NCBI GenBank assembly: GCA_030141605.1
Contig: JAQGDQ010000414.1
Location: 1 to 64,000, forward strand
DNA: 64,000 nucleotides
Direction of reading: 5' to 3'
DNA from: Tubiluchus corallicola
Lineage: Eukaryota > Animalia > Priapulida
A model generated the notes under the pieces. The model worked only from the letters and a program-made list of their open reading frames with translations, did not search any database and had not been told where the DNA came from. The position numbers and the translations under genes were made by a program. Positions 13,101 through 25,668 of the stretch are shown here, one piece after another (within the stretch, counting starts at the first letter, position 1; the number at the start of each line of letters is the position of its first letter).

Positions 13101-13413
13101 GGCTGCTTCACAGACTGTGTAACGAAATTATTTTCGCTTTGGCTATGAAAGATAAAAAATCCTGTGGAAAAATCAATGCAAAGAAAATGTGTTGCTTGCT
13201 CGCATTAAAAATTGTTAATAAACCTAGCGGTCAGCGCTGAAAAACAGCAACGTACTAATTATTCGTTTGGCTTAGCAGCGATTTGTCAAAATTCGGGTTT
13301 TATAGCCCGGGGCTTAGCGCTTCTGTGGGTACAAGCCGCCACCGTTTTTAAACTACAATTTTGCCAAATGGGTTGAGGTGCTCAGGACAATGCGTTTAGC
13401 CGGCGGAGTTTAA

Positions 13414-13430
13414 TAGCGGCAAGATCAAAG
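13414..13430 (-). promoter_or_regulatory. Putative TCF/LEF HMG site with adjacent Helper-like site (duplicated copy)
   Basis: Identical to 10107-10123 because of the tandem duplication. Confidence 0.45.
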
Positions 13431-14559
13431 AGATTGTTGGTACTTGGTTTACACTGGAAAAGGTAAAATACGCTGCTTGGCTGGCTGGGTGTTTTATAAA
13501 CTGCGCAATCTAATATTTCTTCGCTTTGGTGTTGTTTTGTGGTCGGGGTTACAACACCTTTGGCGTTGAGCCCATAATAAATGAAGTTTTTTCTGTTACT
13601 GTGAACGTTTGTTACAAAAAACATCCCACGGTCATAATGATAATGAATTAATGACTTCTTATACCCGTAATAATACATCTACTATTGTAAAAAGGGAATG
13701 CTGTACAAGAAATTATTATTTCCAACATAATCTAAAGCTACATCAACATGTAACTTATTGCCAACCGGTTTCGAACATACCTTTACAATGTTCATTATCA
13801 AGGTAACTAAAACAAAGAAATAAATTCCATTTTGATGTAGTTACGCGTATTTGCCAAATACGGATAATTCAATAATCTAAAGCTAAATTAACAGTAAACC
13901 CTTGCGAATTAAAGCTGAAATGACAACTTAACGAGGGTTTTAACAACTCATATTTTATTACTATTTATCGCGAATATTATATAAACTCGTAAAAGAATGA
14001 AGTATTATTATTTAAAAGAGTCATATGAGAAATTTTTCGCACCTACACGCGTATAATGTCAGAGGTTTAAGACATAACTCATAACGCTTACGCATGCAAG
14101 CGTGCGTAGTTGTCAGCATAATTCATTATCCCACAAGCTTTGCAAAAATGTAAAATCTATACAGATGCGTTTAGTCGTTGCATGAGCAGAACTCATTAAT
14201 TTTTATTATTCTGTGCGTTTCTACATCGCGCCGCACATTCTTCAAAAACTGTTTTTTCTCGCGTGTGAAAAATCGGTAATGGAAAATCATTTATTACTTC
14301 GAGTTTCTAGAGTTTCTGGCTTTCCAGCTCTTATAATCGATAGCAAGCTAAATCCACGTTATTTCACATTTCAAATGTATTTTTATTTCTTTATTCGTTT
14401 GCTAACATTTAAAACTTATAAGTTTCCCCTAATAATGCTTGATCATTCTTGTGGGGTTTGCCGAGAGAAACGTGCAGTGTAACGTACAGTTATTATCAGA
14501 AGGCAAATCGGTTTTTTGCCTAAGTAGGTTGCCATTTTGCTTTGCTTTGCTTTTTTAAG

Positions 14560-14750
14560 CTTTATATTTATCCTCGTAACCTCATGTTTTTGCGATGTTA
14601 CATTTGTTGTATTTTGAATTCGTTCTTGTATTTTGTTTTTGTAGTTGCATTTTTTGCCATGTTACGTTGCATTTTTTGATAACACTCGTCTTTTCGCCGT
14701 GTTACACAATTATATTTGTGCGAATAAACTTGAATTGAATTAAATTGAAT
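14560..14750 (+). mobile_element. LINE/SINE 3' end remnant
   Basis: T-rich UTR-like sequence, AATAAA, then a (TTGAA)n tail at ~14730-14750. A tailless copy ends at 11387. Confidence 0.5.
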
Positions 14751-14943
14751 ACACCTTGTCTGAGTTTTTATTGAGTATGTCAGTATGTGTGACCGTTACC
14801 TGTGGAGTTCGACATCGTTTGTACTTAACTAATAATTTCCACTGTTTCGATTTCCTGCAAGCTTCGATTTCATTGCATTATGTCAAATTTTCAGAAAAAA
14901 GCAACGGTGTTCAGACTTAACTACCACATCCCCATCGGCCTCT

Positions 14944-14963
14944 CCTTTGATCTAACGCCGCCA
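14944..14963 (+). promoter_or_regulatory. Putative bipartite Wnt-response element (TCF HMG site + C-clamp Helper site)
   Basis: CCTTTGATC (14944-14952) is followed 4 nt later by GCCGCCA (14957-14963). Both match the consensus, and more GCCGCC motifs occur on the minus strand at ~15215-15227. Confidence 0.55.
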
Positions 14964-15559
14964 ACATCTCTTTAATTTAGTTTTATTATGATACCGGCAA
15001 TAAAGCACTTATGCATATGGCCAGTAATAATAAATACGCGCTCTAGATCCTTTTCCTCATTCTGCAGGTGCTACGTGGAAACGCACCCCCATATTTTCAT
15101 TATTACGCGTGTTTACGATCCGCGTAATGTCTATAATTAATACGAGGCGCTTGATTGGCTCTGTAATAAAAACCTCGAATTTAACTCTTTCCTCCACAAT
15201 GCTCCATTGTTTGCTGGCGGCGGCGGATGTGATAATAGCGTGTTTTATGAAGCCATTAAAGATTAATGAGATTAATAGTTGGTAATCGATCATTACAGGA
15301 GACAAGTTGGCTGATTATACTTTCCCTTTGAGTTTGCCTGGCTCTGAGATTTTACGAATGTTCATTGTGACTGTGTTGTTTTTTATTGCTTTAAAGATTT
15401 ACACGCTTTAATAGATCAATTATTTGTAAACACAAACAAAGTGTTTCAGGACAACCGAGGAATAGGACTTTTTGGAATGTTGATACTACCGCTGTAAAGA
15501 AATTTTCAAGCCCAGTACATGGTAGCTGTCATTCTTTTGAAAATTATAACGTTGTAATT

Positions 15560-15919
15560 TTACATTAGAAAATATTGGCGTAACTGGTGAACCTCTTGAG
15601 TTTTCGTAAGCGCACGGCGCTTAAACTAATTCAAACTTCTGCAATTTACCTAGTGTTCATGCAAAATTATCATAAAATTAGCTGTCTAATTTTTTGTAAA
15701 AACTTATTATACTTTCAATGGAAACTGACATTGTGCTGTTTTTCTCCAGTCAGTGACGTCATTGATCGAAAATCGGCATTCAAAATGAAATGATCGCGAC
15801 TTTGAAATGATTTTACTAATTACATGAGGCACTTCTCACACATTTAATATTAATTTTTTTAACCTTTTTCATGAACATTGAAATAAATTTACTTCCCAGA
15901 AGGCTTTCTTTTCCTTTAA
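15560..15919 (+). mobile_element. Dispersed repeat family A, Kolobok-like non-autonomous DNA element
   Basis: Aligns by eye with 27626-28132 (shared AAACTAATTCAAACTTCT, TTTTTTGTAAAAACTT, GAAATGATCGCGACTTT). This copy ends CCTTTAA and the other begins TTAAAGG. Confidence 0.55.
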
Positions 15920-16426
15920 ATTTTTGCACTGTTCACTGACTACTGCTGAAAAGTATATTATACATAAGTCTACTTATTTAAATATCCGTATAAGTTCTTT
16001 GCATTCTTTTGGTACTTGATGTATACTTGGTACCCCACAATCTTTAATTGGACCTAAATTAGCAAAAAACATAAACATATGTTTAGTTTAGAAATGACTT
16101 ACAGCTAGGTTCTGGTAACTGGTTATTTGGTTGGCATTATTATCATCTTTTAGCTTCCTGTATTTGTCAGACAAAGTAACAACAATGATGAATTAAGGGT
16201 CTGTATCATGCCGTTTTACATTTAATAATGTTGTTTATATATTGTGCTTGAATTGTTCTTTGCTGATTTATTTAGATTGTGCATGTAGATGAAATGCTCT
16301 CTTTATGCCAATTAGGTTCTCTTTTATGCCATTTCTGAAGTTTTTACTATGTTTATACTAATCAACACAGCAAGACATTGCAACAGTTTGAAAATTTTTA
16401 TTGAACACATTTTTATTTTATTTCAG

Positions 16427-19400
16427 GCTCAGAGGGCTCATTCACGAGGTGCGGTGGCCATCGTCTTTGACGTTACCGACAACCCAGATGCTATTACCCA
16501 GGTAACTTTAACTTGGCACAAAGTAAATGTGCGTATCAAAACAAATTTAACTAATTAAGAATCTAAAATTCAGAAAGAAAATATTAAGGAAGTTATATAT
16601 GTGTGTGGCAGGCTCACATGTATAGGTAGTTTCATGTGTGTGACAGGCTCACATATATAGGTAGTTTCTTGTGTGTGGTAGGCTCTGATAATTATATAGG
16701 TAGTTTCATGTGTGTGGCAGGCTCACATGTATAGGTAGTTTCATGTGTGTGGCAGGCTCACATATATAGGTAGTTTCTTGTGTGTGGCAGGCTCACATAC
16801 ATATAGATACATGTAGTTTCATGTATGTGGCAGGCTCTCATAATTATATAGGTAGTTTCATTTGTGTGGCAGGCTCACATGTATAGGTAGTTTCATGTGT
16901 GTGGCAGGCTCACATATATAGATACATGTAGTTTCATGTGTGTGGCAGGCTGACATATATAAGTAGTTTCATATGTGTGGCAGTCTCACATATATAGATA
17001 CATGTAGTTTCATGTGTGCGGCAGGCTGACATATATAAGTAGTTTCATACGTGTGGCAGTCTCATATATAGATACATGTAGTTTCATGTGTGGCAAACTG
17101 ACATATCTAGGTTGTTTCAGAAGTCTCTCATTATTTTTAAAAACTCACTATAAATTAATAGCACTTAGAACAGCTACCGAGTGATAATTTGGTAGGTGAG
17201 TCTTTGATTTGTGAGAATTTTAGTGGTATTAAACTTGACGAAGTCAACTGCAGTGATTTTAACTTGCACCTATGCTAATTGCTAAATAATCATGCAGCGA
17301 TTTCACACCTTTACTCTAGAGTCAGCAGTTTAGCAGGGAAATCTGTGCAATACCTCAAATGTAGACCAAAAAACTACTGAGTAAGAGTCTGCCCCAAGAT
17401 GAATGTGGTTGATAGATTTGTCAAAAAAATCAAATTGATGAATGCCTCCTAAAGGTAAGGCACAAAACTTTGTGTCAGTAAGTTGACTGATAATGTAAAA
17501 TTTGTACTGCCTGGTAAGTTCAAATTTCAAAATGTTCATCAATTTTTCAGTTGCGTGAAGAATATCACCACCAGGGTACTCTGAAAATCCCTGTGATACT
17601 GATTGACGGTCAAGCTGCGGTCAGTCTGATGAAAATAGTGAACCTACAGAGGAGTGCAAGGGCACGTATTGGACCGGTCAGCAGCACCGTGCCCAAAGCT
17701 GATACTGTAAGTTCTTATATGACACTTGACAAGCTTTTTTACTGCTGAAGGAATAAGTTAGCTTTATTGGACACAGCAAGACACTACAGAAATTTAGAGT
17801 TTTTGCCTCACAAGATTTGTGTCAAAAAGTTTGTACTTACGTTTATACCATTTTTGTACACATGTGACGAAGACGCTAGGAAGTGACAAAAACTGTGATG
17901 GATTTTCGGAAAGGATAGAGAAAGCGAGAAACGAAATGGCCGGCTTCATAACTTACTAAAAGTTGGTAGGTCGGAATAGGCACAGTTAAATATGAAATTT
18001 TGAATCCCTAAACTTGTCGATTACTTGTAATCTGCAAACTTGTCGATCCTAAGTAACCATAAACTGTGAAAAAAGAAGCAAGATTAAATTATGGTTACAT
18101 ATCTACATGCTTAATATTTTATTATTACAAACACAAAATGATTACAAAACTATGCAGACAAACAATGACAATGTGATGATTTAATATGCTACATAATGTA
18201 GAGTTTGTGAAGCTGTAAACCATCCGAAATCAGGTTAGGGTGTTAGGGCTTACTTTGAAAAAAAAGTTGTGCTGGAAAACTACTTTTTTCTTGTTTACAT
18301 TTTCTTCTTTCTTCTTTTACTACATGTATACATGTTCAGCTATTACTATTTTAGTTTTTTTATATCACTCACACTAATAATTACTCGCCATCTTTGCTTT
18401 GAAATATGCTGTAGTTACTATGGCCTCTTCAGTTATAAAAGTGGCGCCTGATTTGTCTAGGAGCAATAATTTCTTGCTTCACCCATATATGGACGTGCAT
18501 CGCGACAATTATGTTAAATGCCCCAGGCGTACACTTTCTGAGCAGTCCTCTGACAAATAAAGAATGTACAGTACTTGGGGGTCTTAAACTGCGCCATTGT
18601 TCGCTAAATGAACATCTATAACTCCTAAAGACACTTAATCCTGATTTGAAATATTGCTGAATGACTGGCGATATTAAAAAAGCTGGCTAAAAACTGGACG
18701 ATGTTTAGTAAGTCAGTAAAGTTATGTCTCGAAATAAGTGCAATGTTAATGTAAATATAAACTGTGTTGCTAAATTTAAAATAGGTAGGGTTTGTCTCAC
18801 ACTGTGCAAACTACAATAAAAAGAATGATAATAACATCTTTCCTACTTGCTTCCCAGTTTCCATACAAATTTTGAATTTCAGCATGACTTGTAGTAGAGC
18901 TTTAGGTACTGTCTACCTGTAGAGTGCAGTTTTGTTTCTAGTACCTTCTGTCCTGCAACTTTGCATTTGTTTATATCATTCTTCGTTATAGTTTTTATTT
19001 AACTGTATGAATTTGCATGGCACGAGAACGCAGCTCATGCAAACAGAACTCATGTTCTTTCTAGATATATTACAAATTATGGGATTGTTAACCACAGTTT
19101 TGTTTTTAAATAATTATTGATTATTTTTTGTATTTGCAGAGTAAAAAAGAGTACTTAGACACTGCTATATTCTTTGCATTCTTCATTGTTATCCTAATCA
19201 TCATAGCTGTCATCGTATTGAGACTGAGGGGTCGCATTCAAAACACTGAGGTTTGTTTTATGAATAACGTTAACGTTCTATTAAATTAAAACGGGATGAT
19301 TTTTCATATCCTCTACACATTTTGAAGTACCGTAAAAAGTATATATTTTAACACCAATAATACCGTAAAAGCGTTTCTGATAATTAAATAATATAATTAA

Positions 19401-21112
19401 GCTAAAAGTTTATTTAACGACCGAGAAACACAGTTACTCACCACGTCACAAACGAACATAATTTTCAATGGCACAAACATTCCATGGGTGAAAAATTCAA
19501 ATTTACCTAGTACTCACGCATGAGCTCTCGAACATGTGTACTATACCGCAAACATACACCTCTGAAATGAAAGGTACGGCATGTGCCTTTTGTGCAACGT
19601 GTTTCTGAAACGCAAGCGCTATTGTTCATCTTACTAACGAATGGCGAAATGCATGTAACAGCAAAGAACTAGCTACGTAAATGCGATATTGCATAGAAAT
19701 AATTGTTTCACGTAAGTCATTATTGAAAAAATATTATGTTCCGTACATACAGCTAGAGATTATGTCCCGTTTTCTTTTAAGTTCCATAGGCCTACTTTGT
19801 TGCTGATGTTTTGACAGATACATGCTGCCTTAATCAATCCTCTTTTTCGTTTTTATATTTTGCTTTTAATACATAAACTTTCAACCACATAAAGTGGCAT
19901 TTATGTAGCATGCGGATCTACCTGCAGAAAAAATTTGTAGGAAAGAGCTGCAAGAAAGGAATAACACATATGCAAGCTGCATAAACGGGTGCATTGAAAA
20001 CAATATAAACCGATTTTGTCTATTCCGCACTCTCCGAAATGAATCCGCATCCTACATAAACGCCTCTTAAGAACAGAATAATTTTTTCATCTGAGACAAA
20101 ACTCATATTTACTGTAAAGTGGGAGAGGTGCACAGCCAAGTGATCACGTCCACTTCGGTTTAATATTCGTTTTGGGCAGATTAGCTGTTAGAGGGAAAAT
20201 TTGCCTATGCATCCGAACATGGCTTAGGCATCTGCGACTTGGCGGCTCATTTTAAAGACTATCCTTTTAAAATAAGTAGACTGCAGTCTTTCCCACACAC
20301 GTCATTGATGGGTAGGCCTTGTACAGGCATTGAATGCTTGATTCCGGCTTTCAGTATGTTGCCATATATAAAACACTTTTATATGTACAAAATTAGTCTT
20401 TGAACATTGAACTGGTCTTTCAACATAGAACTATTATTGTAAAGAAATCTCAATTTATTTCAGTCATCGGTGACTCAGCTTGCACGGCAAGCGCTGGAGA
20501 AGATGGAGACACGGCATTACAAGCCCGGCAAGTTCTTCCCGCAATCCAACATGTCAGTGACAAGTGAACATTTCAGTCTCAAGTCAGACATGGAAATGTG
20601 TGTCATCTGTTTGGAAGAATACAAGGATGGCCATGTAAGTGTTTATGTATCTTTTCATTGTGTTAACAGCGTTTTTTCCAATCAAATCTTGGTATAAAGC
20701 TCCCTTCTGAAAGCCAAACTTGCTTAACACCCAAATTTTTGGCAAAACAAAATGTCTATATTTCATTAGACATGTATGTATTAATACACCTGGATAGAAT
20801 GGCAAACCCGCTTTAACACCAACCAAAGTGGGCGATTACAAAGAAGTCTGACTGCAGTCATCTCAGTCAAGTAATTACAAATGTATATACTTTTTCATAT
20901 TAAGGCTTAAAAATAAATGCACAGTGTCAACAACTAGATTATTGCTCAACTTTTGACTATTATGTAATCATCTGAGCTAAACAGAGTATTGTTTATATTT
21001 TTAGTCTTAATTACATTTTATAACAAGTCTCTATAAAGCCACATGACAGATAGTGTTAATTACTAAATGTGTGTGTGTATGCATAAATAAGATAAGTAAA
21101 GACAGAAATATA

Positions 21113-21159
<47 letters not shown>

Positions 21160-23703
21160 CTTAGTAATTAAACTTACTTACTTACAAATACTTAGCTCCG
21201 ATTGTTACAAATTAGTCAAAAGTTGAGTAATAATCTAGTCGGAAATAATTGTTTCCAAGGACAATTTTTTATAAAACACATCTTTAAGAGTTTTACAGGT
21301 ATAGTAATTAGAAATGGTTTAGGATGACTAACATTTAGACTAACGAGTTTTCTCCGTGGCAGCAAGCTCGCAAGTGAACTGCTTTGCGAGTCAGCAAGAA
21401 ATTGCAAATACTCTGACACTAATTAAACATGCTTGCGAGTTACCTGGTGAGAAAACTTGCTAGTCTGAATGCGCCATAAAATAATAATCTTTGTCTTGAC
21501 ATCTTGTAGCATTTTGAAATCATGTTTATAATTGTTTTCCAGGATCTGAGAGTCTTGCCTTGTGGCCACGAATTTCACAAATCATGCGTTGATCAGTGGC
21601 TCATTACAAAATTCACGTGTCCGCTGTGTTGTTATAATATAGTAGATCAAAAATACGAACAAGTTTCAGTGGCATGCAGTGAACATCTCTCGTCGGTATC
21701 AAGCCGGCAACCCTGGCACCTTTTTCACATACCTCAATGGCATGAAGTGCCTCAATTGCATTCAGCTAATAACTATAGTAGAAATTCCGTCATTTCCGTG
21801 CCGACTACATGTGTAAATAGTGAAAATAGTGATCTTATTTATTCAAATCGCAGTATCGTGGACACGAGAACTCAGCATCAAAGCTTGTATGCAAAACATA
21901 CAGATTTGTCGCTAGGCACGCAGAGTAAACAACAACGCATTCCATCGTTGTACTGCACGAATAAACACTTAGCAAGCTTACAACAGGCCCACACATTGTC
22001 ACAGTACGTGCAGGGTAGTTCCAGTGATACCGATAATGTGGTGAATGTGTTAAAGTGTGTTGCGTCTGTCAATGTGAACAATGTTCATAGTGATGGTGCT
22101 AAAGCTGGTATTGACTATCCCGAGCAGAGCTCCCTCGGTAACGTTAGCTGTTGTGCCGTTGCGGGGAGCGATCATGTGATAACAGATTCTGGAGATTCCA
22201 TTCCGGATAGTCCGTTACCTGCCGTACATTTGAAGCCAAGCATAGCCATGCTTCCCAGTGTCGATGGTGGAGCAAGCAGGCAGGACATCAGTTGCAGCAG
22301 TACGTCTTTAGAATTGGGTGATTGCGATACAATCACAAAACCAACTGTGCCAAGTAATGACCCGCTGCCATCAGGCTCATTGAGAACTAGCAGAGTAGTG
22401 AGACCAAATCGCTGTAAAAAATCTCGACAGTCATTACAACTTGCCGCAGAAAAACTAACCGTATTAGCTAACTCAAGGAATGAACCGACATCGAAGACAT
22501 TGGCTTCTAGTAAAAGTGTAGCGTGTCGCCAGGGCTGCAAATTTGACCACAGACAAACAAACGCCAAACAAAGTAAACTTAATCAAATGAAACCTGCTGA
22601 AGATCTGGTTGTGGACTTGCCGCCCCAGACATCTCCAGAACGAAATTCCTTCCCTGTTCGTTCTCGCAAACTTGACAGTAAACAATGCAATAGCTCTCCT
22701 GCTAAATCTCATAAAGTGGACAATGCAGATTTGTGTAGCTGTCATAGTTTGCCGCGCGGTATTGTTACATACACCTGTAACAAGCACGAAATAACGTACA
22801 ACATCCCGACTGGCCTACAGAAAAGCGAAGTGCGGTTCATACGCTGCACTAACCCATCTCAGTGTCAGGCGAATGTTCAGTCAAAATCTAACATGAGCTC
22901 ACCACGAAGAGACAACACGAGTAGCAGCCGTTTCATGAACCAGACGAGCGTTGATGTCGAAAATGAGCACCAGGGGGCAGGGTGCGATAGTGTTGTGCCA
23001 GGATCAGCATTTAGTTCAGGCCCTCCTTCGAGGAGATCCATAATGGTTTACACTGATAGTCATGGTAGGTTGTATAAATCATAGTTTTCGTTGTAAAATT
23101 TCTTCATATTGTGGAACTACGGAATTAATTCTTCACATATTAATGCACTTTAGCTTCTAAGACAGATTTACTTAATATACTTTGTACTTTAATCACAATG
23201 TAAAACGTACAGTAAAAAAATCATTTTATGATCTTGTAAGAAACTACTACATGTAGCATAGAAATATTTTTGTAATATTCCTAACTCTTACCGTTGTGTG
23301 TATATACTTGTTGTCTACTACCATCATTGTCTATCGATGTGCATGCAAATAAAACACATAATAATAATTAACAATAATGTACGCAGATTAAACAAAGAAT
23401 TAGGAAACAGCACACTGCTTATGGCATACATTCAGTTTGAAGGCTTTAATAACCTGTCACTTGTTAGTAGTATAGTGGTAGCCAAAATTTCTGTTGCAAT
23501 GGAAATTAGGAAATAGTTAGGAAATTATACATACTCACTTAATCAGTAAATAGTCTCACAAAGAAACAAGGCTTACATAGTAGAAACTACTCACAAACTT
23601 GTTATAATTATAACTTTAATTCCTTTTTGTTTTGTTTTTTTTAGGAACGACCATTACAATTCCATTACAGAATGAGGAGTACGATCCTGTCGACGCTGTA
23701 TGA
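16427..23703 (+). CDS. ZNRF3: ZNRF3/RNF43-like transmembrane RING E3 ubiquitin ligase (5'-partial, multi-exon)
   Basis: Exons: 16427-16501 ([25 protein letters not shown]), 17551-17706 (PA end, ...[15 protein letters not shown]), 19140-19250 ([21 protein letters not shown]), 20464-20634 ([12 protein letters not shown]...[12 protein letters not shown]), 21543-23064 ([33 protein letters not shown]2 plus Ser-rich tail) and probable last exon 23645-23703. GT-AG sites and phases are consistent and the motifs closely match ZNRF3. Confidence 0.92.
16600..17117. repeat. Minisatellite, ~33-39 bp unit, about 15 copies
   Basis: Repeated unit ATATAGGTAGTTTCATGTGTGTGGCAGGCTCAC with variants (ATAGATACATGTAG, ATAATT insertions). 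Confidence 0.95.
19290..19745 (+). mobile_element. Dispersed repeat family B (Kolobok-like MITE), copy 1
   Basis: Similar to 32564-33020 and to the reverse complement of 61160-61720 (GATTTTTCATAT, TTTCTGATAATTAAATAAT, GTTTCTGAAA, AAGAACTAG blocks). Confidence 0.7.
20680..20855 (+). mobile_element. Degenerate copy of the Tc1/mariner (pogo-like) MITE at 48863
   Basis: Shares CTTGCTTAACACCCAA.TTTTTGGCAAAACAAAAT.TCTATA and a degenerate ...TGACTG end. Confidence 0.65.
21118..21156. repeat. (TA)n microsatellite
   Basis: About 19 TA units. Confidence 0.95.
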
Positions 23704-25668
23704 CATTTGACAACGAAATGTCACAAAATGCCCAGCCTTTCTTCCTAAATATAGGGTCGAAAATATTGCCTATGCAGTTTTACTTTCTTGGCAGACAGTA
23801 AGCCTGCTTCTGTTAACTATATGATCTGATTTTACCAGCCTCCTTCAAAATTTGTAGCTCTGCGATTTAGCTTTTGTACAGTGTTAAGTGCACCTTGATT
23901 TCTCAGTCGTTATAAGTAAAAGGCGATGATTCATCTTGTTATATATTTTTTATCACAGCTAGTTGTTTATACACAATAGCTTGACATTTTCAAGGTCACT
24001 TGTCTAGTAATAAAGGGATTATTATGCATTTTTATATAACGTGGCATTCTGCAAGCAGCAATCCAACACTTGGCGGTAGAACTTACTTAGTGTAGTATGC
24101 CTAGATGATTGTACATATGTTACAAAAAAGACAAAAGATAAAATGTCGAAGATAATGCTCTGGCCTTATCTGGATATTTTTCAACAAATCAAATAGCCGA
24201 GAGTATGCCAAATAAAAGCTATCTGGAAACAGTTTTGTTTAAGTATAGTTACAGTTACTCCCTACCTGGCACTGCTTAACTTTGTAGCCAAGCACATGCT
24301 TTGATTTCTCACTTATGCCCGCGAATATTTTGTTTTTGATGATGCAAGTTACAGTAACACAGCATTGTAAACAAACAAACCAAAGCACATGATAAATAAG
24401 TTACTATAGTGCTTCAAGTGATATTATTATATTTGTAAATAAGAGTTACAGAACATGTAGTTAATACATTTAGTTGCTTTATTTTTTATGAAAAATTGTC
24501 TGTGCACATTTTGCGTTAAATATTATTTATTCGTATTTATGTCCTTAAAAAGTATTTTTATGTTCGTTACTTGCTGTGAATACAGTTTTGTTTCTATAAA
24601 GCATGTTTTTATTTAAATATACAGTAGCATCTGTAATTAGGTTAAGTCCAGCAATATTAATTATGTTATCTAATTACCGCAGTCAATCGCTTATTTTCTT
24701 GTTAAACATTATTTCATTTTGTTACTAGGTATTGCCTTTAATGCGGATATAAACTCGTATGGGTGCTCATACAAATCCAGTTTTCTAAGTTAAACAGAAA
24801 TTATTAAGTTTTCCCTTGGAGTGCAATTTTAATTTGAGTGCACCTCACGGGTGATTGTAGTCAAACGACAAAAGGCCACTGCCCTATTTAGTCAGGAAAG
24901 TTGTACAACTGAGTGAAGAGTCATTACGACTACAGTGGACGGTGTCAGTACTTTCAAGATTTGACCACATTGCTACATTCCAACTTGCACATCAGGTCGC
25001 TTATTTTGTATCATCAATCTAGCTTCAAGAAGATACTTTTAATAAGTTCCAAGCAAAAAGTTATATATAATATTAAAATACATGCATTGAAAATGGTTTG
25101 TAACGAATGCAAGACTTATCCAAAAATTCTGTAAAAAGACAAAATCACTTAATTGCTAGGTGATGAATTTTGAATTTTAAAGCATACGTGAAAGTTCTTC
25201 AGGAGCGTTTCCCGTTTAAAATGTGAATCAAGTTTAGAGTTCTTGTAAACGCAATGATCACAAACCTTTTTTTCTTAATGTTAGCAAACCAATAAAGACT
25301 TTCTCCCCTCAACATTTTGTCTAAGCCCAGTTGTCCCTTTATAGGTGAAGTCACAATTAGTAATGTCACAAATTTGAATTTCTACATCAATGTGCATGTT
25401 ATGAGCCTGTTTATTGTATGTATGAATTTGTAAATAATATAGAGTCTCACATTTTATATATAAATATTCGTTTGCTGTTTATATCATTTGATTCTGTTCT
25501 CGTCTAAGGTTTATTGGCCATGTTATTATATGAATATTGAATGACGATAAGTTTCAAGAATGGAAAGTCAAACAACAGCCAGTAGTTTACGACATGTGTA
25601 CTATTGATATTTTGCTATGTACATTGAAAATTTATAGTACAATATTTACAGTAATGGGCTTGAAAAAT

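Larger units (their letters stand above)
5966..14699. repeat. Complex near-identical tandem segmental duplication
   Basis: 5966-6688 is repeated at 11390-12116, 9105-9404 at 12114-12413, and 9106-11387 at 12413-14699. Identical spurious ORFs recur at +3307 offset in the ORF track. Only a few differences are visible. Confidence 0.97.

Noticed and set aside
9742-14482. Repeated identical small ORFs as a duplicated gene cluster
   Set aside because: They are chance ORFs copied by the DNA duplication, with no protein motifs or splice structure.
16600-17117. CRISPR-like array
   Set aside because: The units are contiguous with no unique spacers, there are no cas genes, and the context is a eukaryotic intron. 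It is a minisatellite.
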